From Eledone cirrhosa (taxonomy: Eukaryota): a stretch of 64,000 bases of DNA. Shown here in pieces: positions 36,930 through 52,663 of this stretch. Made by a program: the position numbers and the translations under genes. How positions within the stretch are numbered: the first letter of the stretch is position 1; each line of letters begins with the position of its first letter. Below the pieces are notes generated by a model. That model worked only from the letters and a program-made list of their open reading frames with translations. It did no database searches and was not told the DNA's origin. Location: contig OZ024740.1 in NCBI GenBank assembly GCA_964016885.1, positions 119,350,001 through 119,414,000 of the forward strand, in the 5' to 3' direction.

Positions 36930-37829
36930 GTGTTCAGAGAAGGTGAAGCCGCCTGTGAGACGTGGGACCGGCTGGGACTTAGCCCAGTAGACGTCACTTC
37001 GCCTTCTCCCCTGTTGACGTCAAGTCCTCCCCAAAGCACTTGGGATGCCATCCAGTGCAGCTTGGCCTCAGACAGGCTCACGCGCCAGCTCGACCAGCAC
37101 TGCCTTGCTTGTTTTCGTGTGGCCTCCAAACCCCACAGTGGTGCCTGGCTCCATGCCCTGCCCTCCTTCTCCACTGGCACGCAGCTAGACAACCATAGCC
37201 TGCGCATCGGGGTTTCCTTGAGGCTCGGCCTCCATATCTGCGAGCCACACCAATGTCGCTGCGGATCCATCGTGGACTTTTTCGGCCTCCACCCGCTTTG
37301 TTGTCGCCACAGTGCTGGCCACATTCCACGCTATGCTGCCCTCAACTAGGTCATAAAGCATGGCTTGGATGCTGCTGGCTTCCCTACCCAACTCGAGCCA
37401 GTGGGGCTGGACCGAGGGTGTGGCAAAAGGTCAGATGGTATGATCATCTTCCCGTTCCACGGTGGCAAAACCCTCGTCTGGGATGCCACCTGCACCGACA
37501 CTTTCTGCAGCCGCAACCTGGTGCAGTCTGCGGCTAACCCAGTTTCTGCTGCACGTTGGGCTGAGGAGGCTAAACTCTTCAAATACCGGTCACTCACCGA
37601 TAGGTTTGCGGTTGTACCCCTGGCAGTGGAGACTTCTGGTGTCCTCGGCCTTAGGGCTACCTCTCTACTCACCACCTTAGACGCTGAACTGGCCAGCCGT
37701 AGGTGTGAGCCCCACGAGTTGGATTGGCTTTTCCAATACATCTCCCTTGCCCTCCTCCGAGGAAACGCCTTCTCTATTCTGTCCGCCGGGGCTGGGGGGG
37801 GGGGGGGGCATTACGTATCATTCCACTGA
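36930..37829 (+). mobile_element. CRE-clade-like non-LTR retrotransposon 3' fragment (Cys/His knuckle + restriction-like endonuclease), one in-frame stop
   Basis: SGAWLHALP..LRLGL..CRCG..GLHPLCC, then TAG at 37347-37349, then LEP..KRSDG..LVWDATC..AEEAKLFKY..PLAVETSG..LLRGNA. Confidence 0.82.
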
Positions 37830-40800
37830 ATCAAGTTTTGAAAGTTACATGTGAAGGAGGGGGTGAGACAGGAGTTTCCAACAGTAGTATGTACCAAAAT
37901 TGCCTTGGTCATTATTTGACTGATTATAACACCTTCAGCTCTCTTCTCAGCTTGGAATATTGCATCAACGCTACTTCATGGCAACCATATTTAGTGATTT
38001 ATTTATTGACCACAGGAAATTATCATATATTTAATTCAATTAAATAAATTTGTATAAAACTGTGATTCTTTGAAATTTAGTTATGTGCCCTTGTTGGCCC
38101 AAAGGTAGTTCAGGACTTGAACATATGCATTGCCTACAAAACATATATTACAATACACTTTAGTAGGCCTTACATATATAATATAATTAGCCCCACACAT
38201 ATATCTTTTCACCATCACTCTTACTAGTATCCTCATTAGAATCATTGTAATTTATATTGTACCACTTCCATAGTCAGCTGGCTATCTAACTACAAATTTC
38301 CCACGCCGACCTTCATAATCTCCTGCTAACCATAGCCCTTTGCCATCTTACTTCTCTTTCACCTACTGCCGGCTATCATCATCTGTTGTACACATATATA
38401 CACACATATAAACGCACATATACATACATACACATACTACCCTAACATTGTCTGTATGCATATCATTATAAATAGATTAAAAATAATGAAATGAACCTTA
38501 TGAAAAAACATGCAGCTACGTGTGATATCAAAAAGAAAATATTGATAAAACTGCTGGGGGAGACAATGCGGTCTTTGCTTAATTTTTTATTCAAAGTGCT
38601 TACCAGTTACTACTGATATGTAATTCAAAATATTCCACTCTCTGGATATACAGACAGAGGTTATAATCACAATTTGTTTAAAGAAAATAAAGAAAGATAA
38701 ATGGCACTCATGCACCAACAAATCGAGCTGTAGTTTTGCTCGAAATATCTTTAAGTCTGGCCAGCACGCTTGAAGCATAGTTGTGGGTGATAGTGAGGCT
38801 AATACACTGGAATAGTCAAGCACCATTACGGGCATTACTTGATAGTTCAGTAAGGTGTGCCGCTAACAATGAGAAGAATCTCGTTGTCAGTGGACTAGCT
38901 TCCCCAGGTATCTCGAACACCATAGGCTGCTAATGATTATGACTTAGCCATAAGGAGATTATTGTTCTTCGTGTTGCTGTGTCAGTACTATCCTTATTGC
39001 TATAAACAGGAAATCTTTACTCCCTAAGTTTTTCCAAGGTCTTAATTTCAAGTTGTCCCAACCAATATTCACACAATCAAATGTAGGTCTGGCAAGGTAG
39101 TTGACATGTTAGGGGTGTGATAAGTACGTTGTGTGATGTAGGAAAGAAGTGAGGGAGCTACATTCCACCACGTATGGTTCTTAAAACTGGGTGACACTGA
39201 TTATCAGGTTGCTGATAACCATGGACTACTCTGCTGAAATGCTAATATAGCCAGTCCACCTCTGAGGCAGTCTTCAGAGATATCAAACATAAGTAAACAT
39301 TTCTCTCAGCGGAATATGTCTAATTGCAGAAGAATAAGTTGATGAAATAATTGAAGTAGGAAAAGATATATGATAGAATAATAAAACATAGAATTCTAAT
39401 AGGCTAAGGGACTCTGAAAATGTCTCATAAGTATGATTCATTATGAGGTCTTTTAGTCGGGAGACGCTCTGAGACTGATGTGATCGATGAAGTTTGTGTT
39501 CAACTGAAATATTTCTAAGTTAATTTATACAGGAAGAGTGTAAACAAGGATGAACTAACGAGCGAGTTGGTACATAGTTGCTCACCTTACGAGAAACGGT
39601 TACCAAATCTCCCTCACATCACATCTTACACATTAAGACTCTTTTCCTACTATATCAAGCATTAAACTATAATAATATATTTTTTCATTGTAATGTGCTG
39701 TTTGCTTTGTTGCTCCCGTTTAATTTTTGCATGCACACAAACGCACACACACATATGCAAACAAACACTCACACACACACATATATATATTAAAAAATAT
39801 ATACGCAGTCACAAAAATTCATTTTTGTATGGACTAAGTGTGGTAGACGAGGCAAATGACAAGTGACATTTATACATGTGTGTCAATATTGCCGGTATTT
39901 TCACTCTCTTCAAACATCCTAATTTTAAGAAAACGTTATTAAATGACAAAAGAAGTAAAACTACGGTATGTTAAAAGGGTTTCCCAGCAAATATTAATAA
40001 CATACCTATCGTAATGACTTACTCACTCTCTGTGATGAAACTTTTTGCGTTCAGTCAGTAACCAACATAGGCTTCCTCCTTGAACTCTAAAAACGGTCTT
40101 AAACAGTTCAAACCTTGACATGCTTACATTAGGAGTGATCCGTAACTTCAAATTTGACTTAAAATGTTGAACACTGCCGGTATTATAGCAACCTCAAGCA
40201 GAAGTGTCTCTTACACAATCGGCTACAAGCTAGAAGTGATTGAATATGGGATTGTTGTTATTTGTTATTATTATTATTGTTGTTGTCGGTGGATTGGCAG
40301 AATCGGTAGAGCATCGGACAACATGCTTAGTGGCATAAAATTACAGCCCTCTACGTTCTGAGTTCAAATCCCACCGAGGTTAGCTTTGCCTTTCTTCCTT
40401 AGGGTATCGAGAAAATAAAGTACCAATAATGCACTGGAGTCGATTTCATCGAATTTCCCCTTCCCTTGAAATTGCTGGCCTTGTGCCTGAAGTAGAAACT
40501 ATTATTATTATTATTGTTGTCATTATGATATGTTTTTTACTATCATTAATACCTTCAGTATCTTTATTTTTAATCATATTATTTCTATTAACATCATTTT
40601 ACATATATGGTATCTGGAAAATTAGTCTCTTGCTTTTTTATAGTAAGAAATTGATTTTTTAATAGCTATAATTTATTCTTCAAACTCCACTTAATTTTCC
40701 TTGCATACATTCCGTCGCATCTCAAGAGAACGTCTTCACGCATTATTGTTATGTTTTTCTATTTCCTAACGGCAATATTTGCGCTCTATTTATTTTGAAA

Positions 40801-40835
40801 TATTTACTGCTGCATCCACGAATTGAAATTTCTCA

Positions 40836-40883
40836 GTTTCAGAAGATCCCGGTTTAGGGTGAAAGCAAAAATTGTTTGCTTAC
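40836..40883 (+). ncRNA. Hammerhead-like motif (CAGAAGA variant) in a relic of the 59/62 kb pLTR family
   Basis: gttt CAGAAGA tccc-ggttta-gggt GAAA gcaaaaattgtttgc TT a. Confidence 0.55.
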
Positions 40884-43800
40884 TCTTTTAATCTGCGCTA
40901 ATCTAAACTATAATAAAGTAAGGAGTGCGGGATTGCGTACGATTTACTTCTTTTAATCCAGTTAGTAAAATATGTTGGATTATGAATGAATATTACATAA
41001 TTTATCTACTAAATTTCGTAGCTGTTGATTTAATATATTTTATTGTTTATTTAAAGATTCACTTCTTTAAAATTTTCAAATGTCAACACTTTCGGTTAGC
41101 GATCGCTTAAATAAACATTCATATATTTCCATCACTAATTTTCTCCTAATGCAGTTTATCTATAATATCGTCTTTTTTTAATGGATTACGTTACTGATTA
41201 CATAAGAGAGTGCAACGCAGTCTTCGTTCAATTTCGGTGTATATTGTCAATTAAGATTTCATTTGATGTATCATATCTACATGCATATATATTTACATAT
41301 AATATCAATATGCACACTACACATGCTAGCAGAAAAACCACCACCGAAGGGTAGTTTTTCTGCTAGTAATAATTAATATACGATCTCTGTCCTCTGGAGA
41401 ATTTTTGCCCATCGTCGTATTGACAGCATTTGGTTGTTTTAACAGCTATTCTAGCGATCAGTTTTCTCATATTTATATGAATTCAAATACACACTTGCTT
41501 TGTCTCGATCAGAGACAACAATGTTTATTCATTTAACATTATCATAGCTATGATTAGCTCTCTATTTAGGATAAACACCATAGCTTGAGGTTCATTAACC
41601 CGTTATTTATTTTCTTCGTCTTCTTTTGTCCTTCTATCTCTTTCTTTTATCACACAGACATCATAGCAGCAGAAATATTTATTTTCCTGTTGCACGATCC
41701 CGCATTTGAAAAGGATTCTCTCAATTAAATTGTGCGAAACCATTCTGCTGGTTTGAAAGCTTCTGATGGTGAAGAGTGTGTGTGTGAACGTACCTTGTAG
41801 ATCGGCTTTCTTGATTTCCTTCTTCTGGTCACTTCTTTGCGCCAACACACTTCTCCTTGTCCTCCGCCTCTTTCAGTCTTTTCTGTATTTCATCTGCCTG
41901 TCACCCACCTAGTTGATTGTTTGTCTGCCGATAAATCGCCGCTGGTTCCTTTCCTCTGGGGCAATTTTGCCCATCGCTTTGATTTGCCTGTTCTAGCGAC
42001 GAATGTTCTCATTTTTATATGAAATCACACACACACGTGTGTGTGTGTGTGTGTGTGTAAGCAACAAGATGGAAACCATTGGATATCAATACAAACCCGT
42101 ATTATAGCACACATTCACATATAAACGAGTAGAAACACTGAGAGAGAAAGAGAGAGGGGGAAGCCTGATTGCCACAATATCCACGACCACCTTTGAATTC
42201 CAAGATCCTTGATACACATTACATGTGAATATATCTGTACAAAGAAGATTTTGTGTCAATGGGCTTGTACATTTCCAAGTAACATTGCTTTTCCCGCAAT
42301 GAGATAGATTCACTATCAAGGGTAATCCTTGATAGCTATTGAGGTGTTTGTAACATTATACTATGTATGCATGGACCCATTACTCCGAATGGATTCGTGC
42401 GGGGCGCTGCCCTATTGGGCATTTTGTTATTTAAATCTAGCGGAGTCCATCTCCTCTCCAGGTCTGAACCAGAAAAAGAGAAGAGGGAAAGAGAAAAAGA
42501 GATAGGGGGAGGGAGAGAGAGGGAGGGAGGGAGAAAGAAAGGGAGAGAGAAAGACAGAAAGAATCGATTCCAGTACTGGACTGGTACATTTTTTATCATC
42601 TTCGGAAGGATAAAAGGCAAAGTTGACCTCGGCAGAATTTGAATGAATACCGCAACGCATTCTCTACGACAGCCTAACAACTGTTCGTTACCTATAGCAT
42701 ATATTATAAAGAGGCCATATATTTGAAAGAAAAAAGTATGACAACGGTTAAACGCCCTCTGGTGCTATATTATATTACTCTTTACGCAGGTTCCCTGTAA
42801 ATATGGGGCACATAACAAATACTACATTTGCTACTAGATTACTCTGGCACTACTATTAACATGCTGGTTCACTATGTCAAGCTTTATCTACGTTCCTGCA
42901 CTCACACATGAGATAAAGCTAGACGGTAGCTTCTGTCATATATACATTAGTAATAAATTGATCACACCTTTTATGAAGCGATTTATTAGAAATAGAAAAA
43001 TAAAAACATGACATATACGTAAGCCAACACCTTTTATGTATAGCTGTTGTTTTTTTGTGTGTCTATTTTATGTACACAGGTTAGTGTATGTGAGAGGATA
43101 TATGTGCGTGTGAGACTGATTTAATGTAGTTAGAGATGCATAGGTCTGTGTAAGTGAGGTGTTAATGTATTTACTGTATGGGTTTTCTGGTGTATTCTCA
43201 TAGTTACTGTGTGCATGTAATATATGCGCGTATATATATAGAGAGATAAATAGAAAGAATATATGAAAAGAGAGACATAAGTAGAACCAATTCTAGCACT
43301 TGATTGGTACTTTATTTATCGACCCCGAAAGAATAAAAGGTAAAGTTGACCACATCGGAATTTGAACTCTAAGAACAAACAGCATTCTATTCGCTGCCTA
43401 CGTATCTACATATTTCTCTTTCTCATCATCTCTATCTCTTTCTCTTTCTCTCTCTCTCTCTCTGTTTATATATATATGTGTGTGTGTGTGTTCATATAAC
43501 TTAGACAGTCAAATATATCTTCACATAAGTAAATAAACAAGACGGTCTTATGTAAACGCTATAATTCTTTCTGTACATATGTCTGACCTGTATGTTATGT
43601 TAGAAGTTTTGCTAATGTGTTCGATAGATTTATTTGTCTTTATTTAGATTTAGATTAAATTTAAATCAATTCAGTTTTTCAATATTGTTCACTTATCGAT
43701 ACTTCATATAATATGAAAGAGAGCAACTTGGAGAATGCCAAACTAAATACTATAGATAATTTCAATTTATCTCCCTATGATGTGGGTTTAAATTCTACTA

Positions 43801-46800
43801 TATCATTTTTACTACGCGTTTCTGTTGAATTTGTTAAATTACGTTCGGATAATATTCTCAAGTTTATTCAATCAACGGAACCTTCCTTCCTGTAAGCGTT
43901 TGACTCGTGCTTTGTCAAAGGAAACTGTTAATTCAAATATATTAATTGTTTAACTTATACAAAGCAACACATTTTACAATGATAAAAGGTTTGATTTAAG
44001 TGAAATAAAAAATTTCGATTTTGATCTTTTGCAAGAAATAAATGATAATGAAATGTGGTTCTTTTAGTATTTGGTACCAAATAATACTTATTACCTTAAG
44101 GTTTGGCTTTACTTAAAAATGGAATTACACTAAATTATACTTAGAGCATTGACGATATCCGGCGATACCAGTCATATTGTGAGTCACTGAATTCAAACAT
44201 CTGAAATTGTCCATCCTTCAAGAATCAATAAAGATAAAGTAAAACAGACTTTAGGCGACGAATTGTTTCGTTGCCTCTCTCTGCTCTCTGAATTCAAATG
44301 CCACTGGGGTCAACCTTGCCTTTTATCCAGTCACGGTCGTTAAAAAAGTACCAGTCTAGTACTTGGATCGATTATTACTCTATATATTTTTCTCACTTCA
44401 ATATTCTCACTTTATCCTTGTCTGAAAGAAATCTGCTATATTGAGAACTGGAGAAGAGATGGGCTTCACCAGATTTGAAAATGCCCTCAGAAACGCTGTA
44501 TGACAACACGGTGCCTCTATGGCTTCCCGCAAGCGTTACGGCTCCTTGCATGCAAAACAGACTTTGAGATAAGGGACTAAAACACATTTTCAGATAAAGT
44601 AATGTGACCTAATTTCAAGTTCGTGTTCTAGATATTTTAATGTTATTGTATCACTAATAATGCCTCAACTGTAATTTACAGTACTCCCTCAAGTTGATAT
44701 TTAAGAACACCACACTCTGGGAAATTAAAAAAAACCAAACCTATTCATCTCTCTAAGGCATAGGATAAATGAATATGCATTCATGTTATTAACTTAATTA
44801 TTTATTTTTCTTCACAGCATAATATTATTGGAGTCATTTATAGCCACATGAGATTTGTGACAATACATATCTTAGCAATTTTTGGAGTTCATTTGAAAAC
44901 AACTTAATATACATAAGAATGAAACAAAAAAAATTGAGTAATTAAATAGTTGATAAGATTCTTGACAGTCAGACTATACATTCAAATCTCACACTGTGTT
45001 GAATTATTGAATCAGGAGCTAACTGAATATTATTAGATACATCAATGTTACGATAGTGTATTAAGGAATCTGGTTTCAAAGTAAACAGACATGGGTAAAA
45101 GAATGGATGAAATAGTTAGATTAAATAACGTAAAAGTATGAAGCTGCGTTTATTTTGTCCATATCATTAACACCAACCTTGTCAACAGCATTATTCCACC
45201 GAGGTTAACTTTGCCTTTCATCCTTACGGGGTCGATAACATAAAATACAGGTAATGCACTCGGTAATTGCTGGCCTTGTGCCAAAAATAGAAACAATTAT
45301 TTAAACACACATCAGTACAGCCATACATACGATAGTAAGACCACAGATATACATGTCCTGGTGTCAGTAGTTTCTCTGTTATTTTGTAGAGGAATTTGTA
45401 CAGATACCGTTTGAAAATTAATTATGGGATCAGCTTTTATTTTCTTTGTTTTTTTTTCAGAATAAAATTGTAAAGAACAGAATCTGATGACGCTACAAAG
45501 TTGTGTTGCAATATCGTTATTGGCCATGGTTTTGATTTTGGTAGAAGGCACATATTAAGTGAAATAAACATTTTCAACAGTGATTGTATATTTTCCACAT
45601 TGTACAATGTAGCATTTACAGTGGTTGAAAAGTGTACAGTTGGATTGTTTCGAGGTAATCCTAGTAATCAAAGCCGATTATGTCCTTTATAATATTTTGT
45701 GCATGATTGTGTTTTCTGATGTCTAAGTTCCCATAATGCATAAAGACCACTGACAAAAAAATATTCAACCTTCAAATTTAAAACTGCTCAGTGATGAAGC
45801 CTGTAAATATGGTTTGAGCCTTATGACCAAAGTAGTAATTTAAATTAAAGTTACATGCCTAGACATTTGTGATATGCCATTACAGGCTATTATGCAAATG
45901 CTATTTATTCTACCTCATGTCTAAAAAGGCTTTCTACCTCTGATGAAGAGGCTCTCTTGGCCTGTATGTATATTTATTATATCTATGATTTACTAGATGT
46001 GTTAAATCATTTCGATATTAACTCTTATTCTATACATTTTTTTTTATAGATTTTACTTCCTGATATCAAACCAGAGAGTAACGTTTTAAATAACTATTAA
46101 ATATGTTAGAAATAGCAGCCAAATCTATCTCAACTCACACGTTACCTTTATAAAAAGAGACGCAGGGAATACTGTAATCCTTCAAATTATTTTTAAAGTA
46201 GAAAAAACTAATAGACTGGTTACAGCTGGAATGCTTTTCGACAATGTGCCTTAATAAATAAGAGCTAAACTAAGCTGAACAATAGCAAGTTTCATAAACG
46301 AATCTGCGAGACAGTGGCCAATCAATCTGCTAGAAATAGAATCAAAATCTCAAATCCATTAGATGGCAATTTAATTATTTATTTTCGTGCTGGTCGTTCA
46401 GTTTTGTTTTAAATAGAAGAATATGAAAAATAATGTGATCATGTTTTTCAAAAGATTTTACTATATCAATTAAATTTGAGAAAATAATTTTAATCGTCTT
46501 TTTTCCTATTTGATTACATGTCATCATCAGGTTCTATGAGTGCATGTCTTAGATGAATAGAATTTATTAAAACTACATTGATTGCTCTTAGATAGATTAT
46601 TATCATTAAGATGTAAGTGGAATTTATTATAGATTATTCATTCAGTGAGGTTTGACATTATCAGTAGCCAGATAATTTCAAGTTGTTTTTCTGTAAATTA
46701 ATTATCTCAAGTATTTCACAGATATTTGCAGACAAGGCTTTAATTTCATCTTTAATGTTTGCATTATCTACAGGATATTTTGCGAAATGGTCAATATAAA

Positions 46801-46919
46801 GTATTTATTCCATGCAGTTGATTTAAGTTAATTTCTACAACTTTCATACGAATGATTAATTTGGATGACACTCACTCTATCTTTATCACAATATCATTAA
46901 AAAGAGCCACGGCACTGAC

Positions 46920-48020
46920 AGTTTCCAATCAGAAATGGAGCCTGTTAGCCTTGACCGCGGCGAAGGTAGGTTAGGTGCCTGGTTGGTATAACTCTTTCCC
47001 TGTTTGAAGGGCGTAAACCAGCTATAAGCCACAATAATCCCACCATAAACACAGAGGGGTCTTCTTGGTTGTCCATCGTAAACGATGATGACATCTTTAT
47101 TTTAGTTCCCATCTGCCGTGGGCACGAAGGTGGCTGTGAAGGCGTGTGGGTTTGAGACTGGCAACTCCCAGAGTTGCCAGTCCACCTGTTACCACCGCCT
47201 CTCACCCATCGCCGCAGGGCTTTGGGAGTGCACGCTAAAGAAGAAACCTGTGCGGGAAAGGTTTATAGTGGGAGGGCCAGTACACAGTGACGGTCCCACT
47301 CACTCGGCTGCAGAAGCCAGAATTCGGTGGTACGGAGGACTGTCACGACCAGGGACTTCCTTGGCTGCAGTGGTTGGCCACAACGTCTGTAGTGCCTTGC
47401 CGTGCCCTAGCGCTCCACACCGCTTGCTGTCACCGCCTTCGTGACTGTTGGGACGATGTTTTCCTCCTCCTCTCACTCTGCCGGGTCAAGTCTTCGCATG
47501 CAGGGGCAAGCATCCCCTATCTAGCTCACCAGGGGGGGGGGGGGGTTCAGACCGTCTGGCTACCCTCAACCTGGTTCGGCCCGCCAGCCAAGGCGGTTTA
47601 CCAGGGTGTGGCTGCTGTCGCATGCTACAGCTTCTTGGGGCCACAGGTGAGAGCTGAGTGTCAGGTAGGACCCAAACAGGACGAGCTGTCCGGAAAAGGG
47701 CATGGCTAGCCCCCACTACAGAGGTACATGCCCCTCCCTGACACCCCAGGCATATACAGACGTATATACATACACATACATATGTATATGTGTATTTACA
47801 CATTTTTGGATGGCGGTTGACTCTTATCAGTTCTTCCGCCGCTTTGTCAGGTTTTGTTTTTTGTCCTCCAAGGTGTCCAAAATCACCCTCCTCACCAAGT
47901 AAACTTGGTGGGGTTGCCAGTTTAGTCGTCGACGACCCGACCATGCGACAGGTTGTACTGGTTTACATGTTACCAGTAGCACTCAAGAGTGACCTGACAC
48001 AGAGGGGTAGAAGATGATTA
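46920..48020 (-). mobile_element. GC-rich island resembling an RTE-type LINE 5' region with a structured RNA segment
   Basis: Sharp GC shift, no credible ORF, nested stems at 47559-47670; family resemblance is from recall only. Confidence 0.45.
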
Positions 48021-51000
48021 AAAACCAGTTATTAGCCTATCCTGTTTCACGCTGGTCACTGCTGGAAATTATAATGTCCTCTGTCCCCGGACGCCCGCTC
48101 TAATTCACTAAATTGCAATGATGGTATTACGCCTGAGGAAGGACCTATGAGAAGGAATGGCTAATGGAACGGATGTTGCTTGCTGTTCCCCGTGGCAACA
48201 CATTTACAATGTTTATTGCGAGATGTAATTGAGATAAGCTATTGAAACAGACGTCTGGATCTGCTTGATTATTTAAGTTCTTTTTTATTGTTGCTTTATT
48301 TTATTTATATGTTTAAGCACGATTTGTGCTCACTATTAATGAATCCCTAAAAATCATTTCCCTTGAACATATGACTCTTTTTGAAACAGAAAAGTATAGT
48401 TTATCGATTCGTTTCGATTTAAAGCAGACACATTCGAACTTATAACTAGTAATTAGTGTTGAAAGTTATAATATACGTCGTAAATGAAAATGCGAATACT
48501 TGTTTAATTTTCTGCAACATCTTCTAGATGATTACCAAACTTCACCACCAATTGCTTCATTCAGGAAGATGATAAATGTTTCGAAACAGCATTTCTAAGT
48601 AAAATTGGAAATATAATAAAAATAGACAGTATGTTTTTATAAAACTATATATCATATTAATAAATATTTAGAATGAGATTCAAAAACGTTATCAATAACA
48701 GAAAATATCAGCTGCGTCACTCAAATATTTCCCAAGCAATAACGCCTTGTCTTACTAGACACTGCTACAGACACCTTTATGATTTTAACATGAATTGAAT
48801 GTTATTCCTTTTCGTAATCATTCAACAAGCAATTGAGAGTATACCTTATTTTCCTACTATATATAAATGAAACAATTTGATTTATACTGTGCCGTTACAC
48901 TAGCCAAAAACAGATTTAAAATTTTCTGAGTGTCAGTAGTTACGATATTGTGTATTTCTCGAGGCATAGACACAAGAGTTTCACACTAATTAATGTTTTG
49001 AAGTTGTTAACATTTCATTATATAGGAAATGTTTTCTTGTCCAACAAATATTGCCAATATTTTTAAATTCATTTGGTTCACATGATTGAATCTTACTTAT
49101 CCGTTCATTTCATTTATGTTTCTGTTTGAGAATTGTATTTTATACATTGTTAAAAGTTTTGGTTCGTGATCAAAGAATGTACAGCTAATCTGATAAATAT
49201 GTTATTAATGAAGCACGCTTTGTTTTGAATCTGTGTTCGTAATATTGGTTTAGGCTGAGTCAGATCACTGAAATGACAAAACTTTGAAATGGATTGAAAT
49301 TTAAAAAAATAAAAAAAAATAAAATAAAATAGATGGTTCTTTCATTATGTTATACTTATTTCTAGTAATGTTATGTTGAAATTTCTTTTCAAACGATTAA
49401 TATATTATATATAATTTCATATGTACATCATTAATTGTTTACGAATTCTCTGAGTAAATGCACAATATAGTAATATTTATTAAAAGGTTACCAATGTGTA
49501 TATCAATGTATATTTAAATAGATTCTATAAAGTTTAATGAAGACTTTATTAATTCATAATATTATATAATATCATATAGGTGTGTGCATAACTGTGGCAA
49601 GGAATCTTGCTCCGCAACCACGATGTGTTAAGTTCAATTTCACTGCATTTCAACTAGTGTAATTTGTGAGTGTAATGTGGTAGCCAATATAATATATATA
49701 AGTGTGTGCATGTAAGCGTGTGGAGTTGCATCACTTTATATCAATGAGTAATTTAGCCATTTGATAACAATAAGTATAAGACTGACATAAACACAATGAT
49801 CGATATTATCACTTAAGCCCTCGAAAGTATTATTTTTCAGGTCACAAATATACTCGGTGGGATTAAGTTTTTCCGTGTTTACTCAGGAAGAATGCGCTGG
49901 ATAAATCTTAATTTGAACGACATTTCATATATACTTATGTAGTATTTTACGTTGTTGTTCTTTCCAATATAGACTTTTGGACATTGATTTGTGCTTTCCT
50001 GAATATATTTACCATTAAGAGTTAAGAAACAAGATAGTTGCATTGTGTCAGAGAGATATATTTGGTTAGAAAATACTTTCTCATCGATTATAGCCAAAGG
50101 AAGAGTGAAACTATCAGAAAACTTGTACCTCACCTTGACGTTTCTTCTATTAATGATTTTGTGAAACTTCTGTTTTCTAGAGAAGTGTTTGCCTTATTAA
50201 ATTTAGAAGGGATTGGGTGAGATTAAGCTAAATGAGGTATTACATCAATTTATCTTCTTTTTTGATTATGCAAATGTTTACATTATTCTTTCTATTTATG
50301 TAATGTTTTTCTGTTACGTAGCTTCTATCTAATGAATTACTTTTATATTCCACAATACAATTGCAGGTTATGTCTGATATCTGCTTACTACTGGTAAAAT
50401 ACATCCATTTTAGAATACTAGATGTAATGTTACTACAAAATTTTGTTTGGTTTCTTATTTTCATAATTTTAAGTTCAAAACTTTAAAGAATTAACAACTC
50501 TAATTTTAACGATAACAATAATTAGAATAACATTTTTGAATGCATCAGTTAATCCTTTCTAGCTCTTGGCCATGCATATTACGTGATTTATTAAAATGTC
50601 ATCAATGTAGGCCCCTAGCTTTATTTAATGTAATTCACTAACTCTAAGAAAATGTTTATTTCCTTTGAAAAAGCAAAGGGGTTAAATATTGGTGGAGGGC
50701 TTCTGTTTTTCAGGTTTCAAATATCCTGAAAGCGAATAGTAGTAGTCTTTCTGTGTTCACCGAAGAAGGAATATGTCTAATGAAGTTTGCTTTGAGAGAC
50801 CTTTCCGTTAGAACATTGCAGTATATTTCGTTTGTTTTTTCTTGGTTTTTTGTTGTTGTTTTTCTAATAGAGACATTTGCAGTATGTGTAGTTACGAAAG
50901 TTCTTTTCCAATCGATTCTAGCAAAAAGGATAGTAAAGCTATCAGATGAATTGCAGCTCATCTTGACCTCAAAGAACATAATAAAACACATGAAATTAAA

Positions 51001-51460
51001 ACACGAGAGAAGGTAGGAGAGAGCAAAGGTAGGACGGGGAAAGGGAAAAATAGGAATATGAGCAAAATAAGAGGCAAAAGAAGAAAGCGAATAAAAGATT
51101 AAGAAAAAGGGAATCAGAAGAGAATACTGAAAGCTATTGACAAATGAAACAACCAAGGTCTGTCGGTCCTTGATTCCACTGAATCACCAATTTCATATAC
51201 AATAGTCATTATGATGTGAAGAATATTAATATATATGTATTTTAATGTGCATATAACATGGTTTGTTCAATTGGCTGAGTTTAAATATAAAGTTGAAATT
51301 CACACGTGTACTATGTTCTCGTTAATTCCTCCCCAATAAACATATCTAAAAGCATGCCCAACTTCGACTATTTTCATAGTAAAATAAATTGTGTTGAGGC
51401 TGTTAACTATGTGTTAAATTTAAACTCGTAATTCACAACTCAACTGTTCTACAATTAGTG

Positions 51461-52190
<730 letters not shown>

Positions 52191-52272
52191 CGTATATATA
52201 CATATATATATATATATGTGTGTGTGTGGTATATACATATGCATACGCATGATGCATGTATATATTGACATG

Positions 52273-52359
<87 letters not shown>

Positions 52360-52366
52360 TGACATG

Positions 52367-52417
<51 letters not shown>

Positions 52418-52602
52418 TAATTTGGCTTGGGTGGTTAATGCCTTCTTGACCACGTTTTCAGTTTTGTATGGCTTCTTAAAACATTGTTTAGCTCTGGTTT
52501 TTAACTATTGAGCACTTTGCCAGTATCATTTCTGATTTTTGCGTTTCGCTTCGCTTTTCCTGCCCGCCGAAATGCGATTGTCGCTGAATCTTTATTTGTA
52601 TT

Positions 52603-52663
<61 letters not shown>

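Noticed and set aside
45460-45560. Possible signal-peptide exon (MTLQSCVAISLLAMVLILVEG) after a good splice acceptor
   Set aside because: No convincing donor or downstream exons; cannot be supported without RNA data
48130-48260. CTGAGGA...GAAA hammerhead-like spacing (also near 35725, 45940, 56859 and 57271)
   Set aside because: Could not build stems I-III convincingly
50038-51016. Possible exons or ORFs with splice-like sites
   Set aside because: No recognisable domain and no consistent exon chain
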